Virus record (IMG/VR): IMGVR_UViG_3300031813_000007
Span: 1 to 64,000 of that record
From: an uncultured virus (IMG/VR IMGVR_UViG_3300031813_000007)
Taxonomy: Duplodnaviria > Heunggongvirae > Uroviricota > Caudoviricetes
Strand: one strand, 5' to 3'
Length of the DNA stretch: 64,000 nucleotides
Of this stretch, positions 50,297-58,265 are shown one piece after another. Within the stretch, counting starts at the first letter, position 1. The number at the start of each line of letters is the position of its first letter. Position numbers and translations under genes: made by a program. The notes beneath the pieces were generated by a model. The model was not told where the DNA came from, did not search any database, and saw nothing but the letters and a program-made list of their open reading frames with translations.

Positions 50297-50372
50297 AGCT
50301 GATGCTCCTTCTAAGCGTTAGTGTAGTTGGGAATTGGCGTTCCGTGAGCTACATCAGATATGACTATTTATC
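50285..50372 (-). promoter_or_regulatory. conserved structured nuclease-gene leader, copy D
   Basis: Same core as copies A-C, bounded by a 19/20-bp inverted repeat. Confidence 0.85.
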
Positions 50373-50414
50373 CCAAACCACATCTTTATTCTATTAAAGG
50401 GGTCTCTTTAGCCA

Positions 50415-50696
50415 TTAGATTGCCTGTGGGTTTTGATAAATCATATTCTTGCCATCATAAGAAATAACAAAGACAGACACATCCATATCACTATTGTACC
50501 ATTTATTCAAGCATTCATTGTATGCTTTCTTAATCGCAGCATCAAGATCACAATTTGGAATCGTTAAATCTTCCAGCTTGAATGGCTGTTTGAGGATTTC
50601 TGTACCCCCTGCTGTACGTCGAAGAACGTGAAAGTAGAAGTTTGGCTTATACCCTACTGGTTCTACATTGATACGAGCGACTTTGATATCACTCAT
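50415..50696 (-). CDS. hypothetical protein
   Basis: Coupled ORF. Confidence 0.65.
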   Translation of the reverse strand: MSDIKVARINVEPVGYKPNFYFHVLRRTAGGTEILKQPFKLEDLTIPNCDLDAAIKKAYNECLNKWYNSDMDVSVFVISYDGKNMIYQNPQAI

Positions 50697-50992
50697 CGCT
50701 TAAGCGCCTCATAGGTGATGATATGTGCTAATGCCTGCCCCAAATCTTCATCCTTCGGAATAACATGCAGGGAAGTGGATGAACGATCATTCGCAACATC
50801 ATAGTAAGTTACTTCCACAACTGTTCCACCATTAGCATTGTATGTACGAAATGAAGTACTTGGTGAGTTTAAATCGCGTGATATGGAATTCCTGCGAGAA
50901 TAGTTAACATCCGGCATCAAAACTGGTTCATTTTGCACCTTTTCCCATGCTTTGCGAGATTGCTTTAGAAACCAATTGTCAAACCACTTCAC
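50693..50992 (-). CDS. hypothetical protein
   Basis: GTG start; ANGG.VVE motif. Confidence 0.7.
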   Translation of the reverse strand: MKWFDNWFLKQSRKAWEKVQNEPVLMPDVNYSRRNSISRDLNSPSTSFRTYNANGGTVVEVTYYDVANDRSSTSLHVIPKDEDLGQALAHIITYEALKR

Positions 50993-51117
50993 TTCTTTTT
51001 CCCTCTCTTAGTTGGAATAGAGATTTCAATATTTGGATACAAAGTGCGAATAACACCCATAATATCAGAATCCTGATTACGCTTCTGAAACTCTTTGATT
51101 GACGATTCCTTAATCAT
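50989..51117 (-). CDS. hypothetical protein (42 aa)
   Basis: Below cut-off; AAGGAGA SD; GTGA coupling to the next gene. Confidence 0.55.
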   Translation of the reverse strand: MIKESSIKEFQKRNQDSDIMGVIRTLYPNIEISIPTKRGKKK

Positions 51118-51126
51118 ATTTTCTCC

Positions 51127-51630
51127 TTAAAAAGCCAACGAATAATCTACTACTTCACAGTTACGGCTGATTTCTTTGACGAAATAAACGCATCTTGGTT
51201 TTTCTCCGTCATCAATAGGCACACATAAAAACTGCCCATTACGAAGTCTTGGTGCGAACCAAGTTACATCTGGATATATGTCTAATATTTCAATAGGTAA
51301 GAATGAAGGCGAGAACGATGTTAATGGATTAAACTCAAATGCATGAAACCCTCTATCGTTTAAGCTAGAAAGGGGCAGAGTCTCCAAATCGCCATGTTCC
51401 TGTTCTCCGATTAGCACTTGCCAATCAACAGGCATCTTGATCGTTTTATCAGCAATCTTTAGTACGAGTGCTGGAGAGTTAAATGATTCCAGAAAGATCA
51501 ATGGTATGAAATGATAATCAACGTTAGATGGTGTTGAGTTGTCAAGTATTGCGAAACGCATATCATCTATTTCTTCTGGAAGCTGCTCAAGATTGAAGAA
51601 TGTGTTTTCTTCTAATGTTAATATTCTCAT
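51127..51630 (-). CDS. hypothetical protein
   Basis: 167-aa ORF with own consensus promoter. Confidence 0.8.
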   Translation of the reverse strand: MRILTLEENTFFNLEQLPEEIDDMRFAILDNSTPSNVDYHFIPLIFLESFNSPALVLKIADKTIKMPVDWQVLIGEQEHGDLETLPLSSLNDRGFHAFEFNPLTSFSPSFLPIEILDIYPDVTWFAPRLRNGQFLCVPIDDGEKPRCVYFVKEISRNCEVVDYSLAF

Positions 51631-51669
51631 GATGTTATTGTATCAAATATTGTGTTGTATGTCAACATG

Positions 51670-52506
51670 TTAGTAGTCCAACTTCTTTATTGTAAATGGA
51701 TACTGTGCTTCCTTATAAAAAGCCTTACGTTGCGTTAGGTGTCTCTTTGCAAACTTGCAGGTACTTGTTAGGTCCCAAATCTGCACAAAATCCTTGTCTT
51801 CCGCTTTTCTTACACCACGCCCAATGCTCTGAATAACACGAACAAACGACTTACCAGGTTCAATAAGTACCAAGTTAAAGATACGAGGAATATTGATACC
51901 GACAGCCGCAACGCCATACGTGGCGACAATAATCTTGTCATCACTCGTGGCCACTTCATCGTATTCTTCCTTTCTTTCTGTTAGTTTAGTGTTTCCGTTG
52001 ACAAACACCGCGTTGTCCAATCGGCTCACTAACTCTTTTCCTGCATTCACACGGTCTACTAGGACCAACGTGTTGCCAGTTTTATTGATTTCTTTGATTA
52101 GAGAAGCCATCTTATCTAATCGCTTTTCATCTTCTAAGAGATGTTTGAGTTCAGCCTGATAGTTGGAAAACTCCTTGTTATCTTTCATCTGAATGATGTT
52201 TACGTGGCAGTTAGCCAGAACTCCCTTATCCTGTAGTTCTTTTGCGCCAAGCTTTCCGACAACTGGACCAAGAGATACTAACAGTGATACTTGATCCATC
52301 AAATCCTTTGGAATCGTCCCTGTCAATCCCCAACGAATAGGTATGTCAGAAAACACTCCTGTTAGCATAGTCTTAAGTACATCGGCCTTTGCCATGTGGC
52401 AGTTGGAAACTACTGCTCCATCAACTATGTAATTATGATCATTTTCAATATGGAGATTGAACACTTCGTCGGGTTTATCAATTTCAGTTTTTCTTATTAG
52501 CTTCAT
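51670..52506 (-). CDS. uvsW: split-intein C fragment (35 aa) fused to C-terminal half of UvsW-like helicase
   Basis: MKLIRK..VFNLHIENDHNYIVDGAVVSN|CHMAK, then GLTGT, AVGINIP and QSIGRGVR helicase motifs. Confidence 0.92.
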   Translation of the reverse strand: MKLIRKTEIDKPDEVFNLHIENDHNYIVDGAVVSNCHMAKADVLKTMLTGVFSDIPIRWGLTGTIPKDLMDQVSLLVSLGPVVGKLGAKELQDKGVLANCHVNIIQMKDNKEFSNYQAELKHLLEDEKRLDKMASLIKEINKTGNTLVLVDRVNAGKELVSRLDNAVFVNGNTKLTERKEEYDEVATSDDKIIVATYGVAAVGINIPRIFNLVLIEPGKSFVRVIQSIGRGVRKAEDKDFVQIWDLTSTCKFAKRHLTQRKAFYKEAQYPFTIKKLDY

Positions 52507-53398
52507 ATAACTTCCTTATTTTTGTTGCGGTTTTTTCATCGAATCCGGAGAGGTCAGTGGGACAGCCATTAGTCAATAGCCATTCCTGTGTCACGATAAT
52601 GACTCTAAAACCATTTTGGTTAGCCCACTCGTTGAGTGCAACTATTTTTGCGTCAAATATCTCACCTTTACATAACTCCGCCGGTTTCACTTCCGCTACC
52701 TGTTTGGTTTCATAGTCAACAAAATCAGCTATGTATATTTTTCGATTACCGTTGATAGTGTATTCCAATCTCAACGTTTCATATTCTGCATCCGGATACA
52801 TATACTGAAACAACGCTTCCCAGCTTGATCTATATTTCTTTCCGTTAAATTCTGCTGCCCAATGCGTATTTCGATTGTTAGAATTTGGGGTAAAGTCTCC
52901 GGCTAATATTTTAGCTTTCATCACATCTGACCGGTGTTGTTTATCTTGGTCAGACATTTTTACACCATGCATTCCGTTTGCTTCCCCGCTATTTGCTCGG
53001 GAGGCGATGCGGCTATCGGTGTGTTTAGTCAACCCCTTTGCCCATGAAGTTTGGAGTCCGGTCTTTCCTTTATTCCATGGCACTCCTGTATTTAAATTGC
53101 GGCTACTAAGTTCAGGATGTAGTTTATGGACTGCTTCACCACCAATTGCGGCAAGCTTGGCCTTTATTTCCCGATCGGTTATCAATCCAGCGAGAAGCAA
53201 ATCCATGTTCTTCACCCAAAGATCAGTCTTGATATTCATCACTCTCTTTTTGAACTTGCCAAACTCGGGCTGTATTAATATCTCGCCAGTTGATAATTCT
53301 AATGTTGCTTTTCCAAAATCAACTACCCTTACCCGTTGGTCATATGTTTCTAGTCGTCCATTTAATCGGACTTTCCATTGTTCATATGTAATTTTCAT
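52484..53398 (-). CDS. free-standing PD-(D/E)XK-type endonuclease inside the fractured gene
   Basis: YRSSWE..EYE..YIADF..EVKP; PWNKG and GEANGMHG basic modules; start refined to ATG after AGGAG. Confidence 0.8.
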   Translation of the reverse strand: MKITYEQWKVRLNGRLETYDQRVRVVDFGKATLELSTGEILIQPEFGKFKKRVMNIKTDLWVKNMDLLLAGLITDREIKAKLAAIGGEAVHKLHPELSSRNLNTGVPWNKGKTGLQTSWAKGLTKHTDSRIASRANSGEANGMHGVKMSDQDKQHRSDVMKAKILAGDFTPNSNNRNTHWAAEFNGKKYRSSWEALFQYMYPDAEYETLRLEYTINGNRKIYIADFVDYETKQVAEVKPAELCKGEIFDAKIVALNEWANQNGFRVIIVTQEWLLTNGCPTDLSGFDEKTATKIRKLYEANKKN

Positions 53399-53425
53399 AA
53401 ATACTCCTGCCTTAGCCATATGTAT

Positions 53426-54442
53426 TTATGTTTTGTTTACGATTTCGTGATTTTCAGTAAGTTCGTCTGCCCGACACCATCCTAGGTTTGTTAGAAACTT
53501 ATGATTTCCGGTAACCCTAATTACACTTCCATTATCAAATTCCATTTCATACATTTTTTCAGTGGAAGATATTGTAAGATTCCGGTGTTGTTTTACTACT
53601 GTATCTTCCTTAAAGATTCCGGACTGTTCGCAATAATTGATTATTTTATCTCCAACTTTAACGTCCTTGATTGGTAGATGCCCATTCGGGGTTAGCACTC
53701 TGGCTTCTCCATCAAAACATTCGTCAACCATCACACATACAACGTCTTCAAAAAAGAATTCGTCCATTTCTGGATCAGCATCTTCATCCTTAACCGATTT
53801 GAATAGGTTATTTAGAGATTGCCATGTGCAAATGGTATGTGTCTTACCGTATTCTTTACGATCACCAAAGTAGACACCCACATCTAGTCCAAGATTGATG
53901 TAGTCTGCCTCTGTTTGCACCACCAGAGACTTGTTAGGGACGATTACAAGCGATCTACCATATCTTTCTATACATTGTGATAGTCCAGCAGTGATAAGCG
54001 TCTTACCGGCTCCTGTGGCAACTTCTTGCAATGCCTGTGGATTAGATAAAAAGGTGTTAATAATCTCAACCTGATAGTCTCGCAATAAGATTGGTTTTCC
54101 TTCTGCTGGATGACCCTTTGGCCATAGTGTTTCAGCGAAGGTATCTTCTTTGATCAAATCAAATTCTAGGTCTTGACGGCTGCGATGATCTTCCAACTCA
54201 ATATCATAATCATGATCTATCAAATATGGAATGATCTGATCTAACAGGTTGAGATATGTGCTTCCGGCTAGAGAGAAGTAACTTACTTTTCCGTTCCACC
54301 TACCAAGTCTTACGGCAGGTAAAAATCTTGCACCTGGTTTTTCGTACTCAAACTTTTTTGTTAATGCTCTTCGGACATCTAGTTCAAGTCCTTCTATTTT
54401 TACATTAACTTCATCTTTGATTATTATTTTTGCTTCTCTCAT
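53426..54442 (-). CDS. uvsW: N-terminal half of UvsW-like helicase fused to split-intein N fragment (97 aa)
   Basis: LRDYQ, ATGAGKT, VMVDE|CFDGEARV...VTGNHKF (intein blocks A and B). Confidence 0.92.
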   Translation of the reverse strand: MREAKIIIKDEVNVKIEGLELDVRRALTKKFEYEKPGARFLPAVRLGRWNGKVSYFSLAGSTYLNLLDQIIPYLIDHDYDIELEDHRSRQDLEFDLIKEDTFAETLWPKGHPAEGKPILLRDYQVEIINTFLSNPQALQEVATGAGKTLITAGLSQCIERYGRSLVIVPNKSLVVQTEADYINLGLDVGVYFGDRKEYGKTHTICTWQSLNNLFKSVKDEDADPEMDEFFFEDVVCVMVDECFDGEARVLTPNGHLPIKDVKVGDKIINYCEQSGIFKEDTVVKQHRNLTISSTEKMYEMEFDNGSVIRVTGNHKFLTNLGWCRADELTENHEIVNKT

Positions 54443-55425
54443 TTTACCTCTATTGGACGTGAATCTTTGACGATGATCATCTTATCAATGCGCGTAACAG
54501 AAGGAGGATTATCATAAACGGATACGCACATTTGCTGTTCATCATCACTTGTTGCTGTTCGGAAACCGTTGGAAATAGTTATATCGGCTTTAGTCATTGA
54601 TTCCCTGATTTGTTTACCAAGCATACCATGTGCAAGGCCCCTGCCAAACACTATTTTGCTGCAACCAAGCCCCGTGATCATAGATGCCAGTGTTTCTGCC
54701 TCAGCAGCCTCAACGTATGTCGTTTGCTCTGCAGCAAACTTTAGAAATGGATCATGGTCAACCAACACGGGATCAACCCTGATTCCAAGCTGACTAAGTT
54801 TATACAGCGTCATTGGCTCAAGATTTAGCTCCATGTCACCTATCACATCTGCAAGTACAGATGACATTGCGGCAATCATTAGTTTGCCATTGACCGATGT
54901 AAGTGTCGGATTCCAGACCTGAGCATCATACTGCTTCAAGTCTTCCAGAATCTGGTTAATGTTTTCACAGAACTGGACCGTTGAAAAATGTTTGTACAGT
55001 TCGGTTACAGCAATTTTGAGTGCAGTTGTTCTAAACGGAGACGTATAAAGTTTACGTTCCTTGTTCCACTGAAAAGTGTTGCTGGGAATTTCCCTAAATT
55101 TGGTAATGAAAGTCTTGTTAAACGGAACACGAATAGTGATGTCATCATCTACGATGCTCACTACTGCTCCGGTATATTCTGGTGTGCTTTGAACAACCAT
55201 AGACTTCCACGGAAGAGCAATGACTGTCTTCCCATCAATACCCTGCTTGGTCATCTGCTTATTATATTTAGTTACCAGACGATCAAACAAATCTGCCTGA
55301 TTGGATGTAACTCTATTATCATTGTGAATCATCGTCTGCAAGTTTGCAAGAAACTTGTAGTCATATTGGCTTAGACTAATCTTCCCCTGCAGGAAAAAGT
55401 AGAGCAGTTGTTCTTTCGTTTCCAT
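54439..55425 (-). CDS. hypothetical protein
   Basis: 328-aa ORF, ATGA-coupled to uvsW-N. Confidence 0.75.
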   Translation of the reverse strand: METKEQLLYFFLQGKISLSQYDYKFLANLQTMIHNDNRVTSNQADLFDRLVTKYNKQMTKQGIDGKTVIALPWKSMVVQSTPEYTGAVVSIVDDDITIRVPFNKTFITKFREIPSNTFQWNKERKLYTSPFRTTALKIAVTELYKHFSTVQFCENINQILEDLKQYDAQVWNPTLTSVNGKLMIAAMSSVLADVIGDMELNLEPMTLYKLSQLGIRVDPVLVDHDPFLKFAAEQTTYVEAAEAETLASMITGLGCSKIVFGRGLAHGMLGKQIRESMTKADITISNGFRTATSDDEQQMCVSVYDNPPSVTRIDKMIIVKDSRPIEVK

Positions 55426-55460
55426 TGTATCACTATATCATAATCTGTAGCAAAAGCAAG

Positions 55461-55488
55461 AAAAAAGGGGAAGACCTAAGCCTCCCCC
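55461..55488 (-). terminator. intrinsic terminator
   Basis: Minus strand GGGGAGGC-TTAG-GTCTTCCCC-TTTTTT. Confidence 0.8.
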
Positions 55489-55524
55489 TGAGTTTACCAC
55501 CGAAATGGTCTGGTGGAGAGAAAT

Positions 55525-55698
55525 TTAGAGTTTTTGGCGAATACGTACTGTCTCAAAGAGTGCAATAAGGGCGATGCAAAACGCTATGTGATCCATGCTT
55601 CCCCATTGACCACTGAAAATCCTGATGACTGCTTCCAGTACAAAAACTTGCCATATGGTCCAGAGCCACGCAATAACAAACTTAATCTCGTCTTTCAT
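55525..55698 (-). CDS. small membrane protein (57 aa)
   Basis: Below cut-off: MKDEIKFVIAWLWTIWQVFVL...; two hydrophobic stretches. Confidence 0.55.
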   Translation of the reverse strand: MKDEIKFVIAWLWTIWQVFVLEAVIRIFSGQWGSMDHIAFCIALIALFETVRIRQKL

Positions 55699-55709
55699 TT
55701 CATTTCCCC

Positions 55710-56741
55710 TTAGCGCCGACGCATGACAGTGGTTTCTGCCAGTGCGCGCCAGTTCTTGGGCGACACCTTCACGAGATCAGCGATCTTGAGAGCAGTACGA
55801 ATAGACAGTTCACGCAACTTCGTGGAGTTCTCTTGCATGAAGTCAAGAACTTCCTGCCCTTCGTTTTCCATAAAGTTGTAGTCTCCAAACAGGCCACCAT
55901 CACTATCACGGTGAACCTGCTTGATACGCAGCATCTTATCGCGTTCCGAGTCAATCGTCAGGTCAATAAAGTGACAACGCGATTCGAGTGCTTCAAGGTG
56001 ATCTTGAAGCTTCTTGGAGCGAACATTTTCAAACTTGAGGTTCGTAATGAAGATAGCCGAACCATTGAAGTTGAAGCTATTGGGAATACCTTCATCACGC
56101 AGCAGGCGCGAATCCGAATTCCAGCAAATACGCCGCCGCTTGCCGCTATCCAGTGCTGCCTTGAGGATGTTCAGTGACAGTTCATCAGCGAAGACGCTAT
56201 CACAGTCATCAAACACCAGAACATTCTTCTTATCGCTATACTTGTAAAGCTGTGCATACAGACCCAGAGCGGTCATTGCACCCTTGACAACGTTGTGACG
56301 CAGCTTGTTTCCGGCAATCTGATCAAACATTGCAGACTTTTCAAGCTGCTGTTCAACCCCGAACGACTTGCCAACGCCCGGAGGACCCGAAACGATCATC
56401 GCACGAACATCGCCACGAATACACGCAGCGGCCATATCATCAAGAATTTGAAAACGAGAAGAGATGCGATCCATCGCTTCTTCGTCAGTCTCAGTCACCA
56501 CAGGCTTTTTGCCTGCCTTCGCGACCGGAGTATCATCAACAGGACCGTCAATGATTTCATAATGAGAAGTACTATCCACTTTAATCCTTACTTTGTTACA
56601 ATCCACGGGAAACTTGTTGTCATTCAGAACGGTAATGAAAGAACCATGAACACCGTCTTGAATACCTTTGAGCATCACGAACTCCCGATTGATAACCGGC
56701 TTGCCGCGAAACTCACCATACTTTACGATAATGTTGGTCAT
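55710..56741 (-). CDS. AAA+-type ATPase
   Basis: GPPGVGKS, VFDDCD, IFITN and ALESR motifs. Confidence 0.85.
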   Translation of the reverse strand: MTNIIVKYGEFRGKPVINREFVMLKGIQDGVHGSFITVLNDNKFPVDCNKVRIKVDSTSHYEIIDGPVDDTPVAKAGKKPVVTETDEEAMDRISSRFQILDDMAAACIRGDVRAMIVSGPPGVGKSFGVEQQLEKSAMFDQIAGNKLRHNVVKGAMTALGLYAQLYKYSDKKNVLVFDDCDSVFADELSLNILKAALDSGKRRRICWNSDSRLLRDEGIPNSFNFNGSAIFITNLKFENVRSKKLQDHLEALESRCHFIDLTIDSERDKMLRIKQVHRDSDGGLFGDYNFMENEGQEVLDFMQENSTKLRELSIRTALKIADLVKVSPKNWRALAETTVMRRR

Positions 56742-56773
56742 AACAATCTCCTGTGTGTTTGGTGAGGCAATCT

Positions 56774-57286
56774 CTACACACAGGAGATTATGTTGTCAAG
56801 CAGAAAAACAGTAATCTTTGAAAAACCTTCCTCTTCGGTTGGAAGGGTCAAAGACTTAACCATAGTCCCCAGTACATGCTGAGGAATAGTCTTGCCTTTA
56901 CGAGAGTTTAGCCTGCGTTCCCACTCATCCTGTTCAGGAGTCGGAAACACCACTGCTTCAAACGTGTATCCATGATTCTTAAAGAAATCAATAAACCTCT
57001 TACGAGACTTTACCGACAGATTAGTGCGATCAATGATCACGCTTTCACCATTTTCTGCACACTCAGTAGCATAGTCCCACATGACCTTTTCAGCAAACCC
57101 AACGAGTTCCTTGAATCCCTGATCATACGTGTAGCCATACTGGTGTGCTACTTCCTCAATGATCTTGTCAGTGGAAAGCACCACATCATGGCCACGCTTG
57201 AACACGTTTTCCACCCTACGCTGAGCAGTCCACGTGGACTTCCCAGAGCCAGGCACACCGACAAGAATAGTACAGGTCTTAGTCAT
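56774..57286 (-). CDS. polynucleotide kinase (Pnk kinase-domain-like)
   Basis: GVPGSGKSTW, STD and IIDRTN motifs. Confidence 0.8.
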   Translation of the reverse strand: MTKTCTILVGVPGSGKSTWTAQRRVENVFKRGHDVVLSTDKIIEEVAHQYGYTYDQGFKELVGFAEKVMWDYATECAENGESVIIDRTNLSVKSRKRFIDFFKNHGYTFEAVVFPTPEQDEWERRLNSRKGKTIPQHVLGTMVKSLTLPTEEEGFSKITVFLLDNIISCV

Positions 57287-57446
57287 CTTCTTTTTCCTTC
57301 AATAGATTGCGAGTTCGTTCCACAATACAGTTGCCTTTGTCTTCCAAAAAATGTGCCTGACAATAGCCGTGATGATCATGATGACATGGTTCATCGTGAA
57401 TGTCAAGCCATTCTTGTAGCAGTTTGGTTAATTCGTTAGTCATCAT
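57279..57446 (-). CDS. small His/Cys-rich protein (55 aa)
   Basis: Below cut-off: ...DEPCHHDHHGYCQAH...C. Confidence 0.6.
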   Translation of the reverse strand: MMTNELTKLLQEWLDIHDEPCHHDHHGYCQAHFLEDKGNCIVERTRNLLKEKEDD

Positions 57447-57499
57447 AACTACCCTTCATTGTTTTTATATACAAAAATAATTCATATGTCAAGAAGAGA

Positions 57500-57579
57500 G
57501 ATAAATAGTCGTGAGTCGCGGAAGCCCAATTCCCACTCACTCTAATGCTATGAAGGAGCAATCAGCATGACTACTTATT
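57500..57579 (+). promoter_or_regulatory. conserved structured nuclease-gene leader, copy B
   Basis: GATAAATA..GTGAGT-CGC-GGAA..TTCC-C-ACTCAC-TCTAA..AAGGAGCAATCAGC-ATG. Confidence 0.85.
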
Positions 57580-58265
57580 CAAAAAACAGAACACCCAGCA
57601 AAATTTATCGTAAAATTTACGAAGATTACTATGGTCCAATCCCAATAGATGCTGATGGAAAATCCTATGAAATTCATCATATAGACGGCAATCATAAAAA
57701 TAACGACCCATCTAATTTAATCGCAGTATCTGCACAAGAACATTATGATATTCATTATTCCCAAGGCGATTGGGGAGCTTGCTGGTTAATGGCAGAAAGA
57801 CTGAAGTTGTCATCAAAAGAAATATCAGAATTGGCACGATTGGCGGCGAATAGAAGAGTAGAAAATGGAACTCACAACTTCCAAGATTCGGAGTCCCAGA
57901 GAGAAAAAGCACTGAGAATGGTCCGTGAAGGGACAAATGTTTTTGTTGGCGGCGAAATTCAACGCCAACACAATAGACGCAGAGTAAATGATGGTTCACA
58001 CCATTTACTCAAACGTCCCGATGGAACAAGTCACTCATCAGATAGAGTTAATGCAGGAACCCATAATTTTCAAGACAGCAAGTCTCAGCAGGAAAGAGCA
58101 TTGAAAAGGGTTAAAAATAAAACTCACAATTTTCAAAAAAGAGAAGGATATGAACATCCTTCAACGTCCGAAAAATGGTATTGCCATACTTGCAAAAAAG
58201 AAGGAAAGAATGCGGGAAGTAGAGGTAGATACCACAAAGGACATGAGGTTACTATAATTAAATAG
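57567..58265 (+). CDS. free-standing HNH homing endonuclease (paralogue of 42359..43009)
   Basis: EIHHIDGNHKNNDPSNL; 21-aa repeats; C-terminal CHTC finger. Confidence 0.9.
   Translation: MTTYSKNRTPSKIYRKIYEDYYGPIPIDADGKSYEIHHIDGNHKNNDPSNLIAVSAQEHYDIHYSQGDWGACWLMAERLKLSSKEISELARLAANRRVENGTHNFQDSESQREKALRMVREGTNVFVGGEIQRQHNRRRVNDGSHHLLKRPDGTSHSSDRVNAGTHNFQDSKSQQERALKRVKNKTHNFQKREGYEHPSTSEKWYCHTCKKEGKNAGSRGRYHKGHEVTIIK

Noticed and set aside
52402..53719. Group I intron or frameshifted contiguous intein explaining the uvsW break
   Set aside because: There is no non-coding space for an intron core, and each of the three ORFs has its own start and stop signals.
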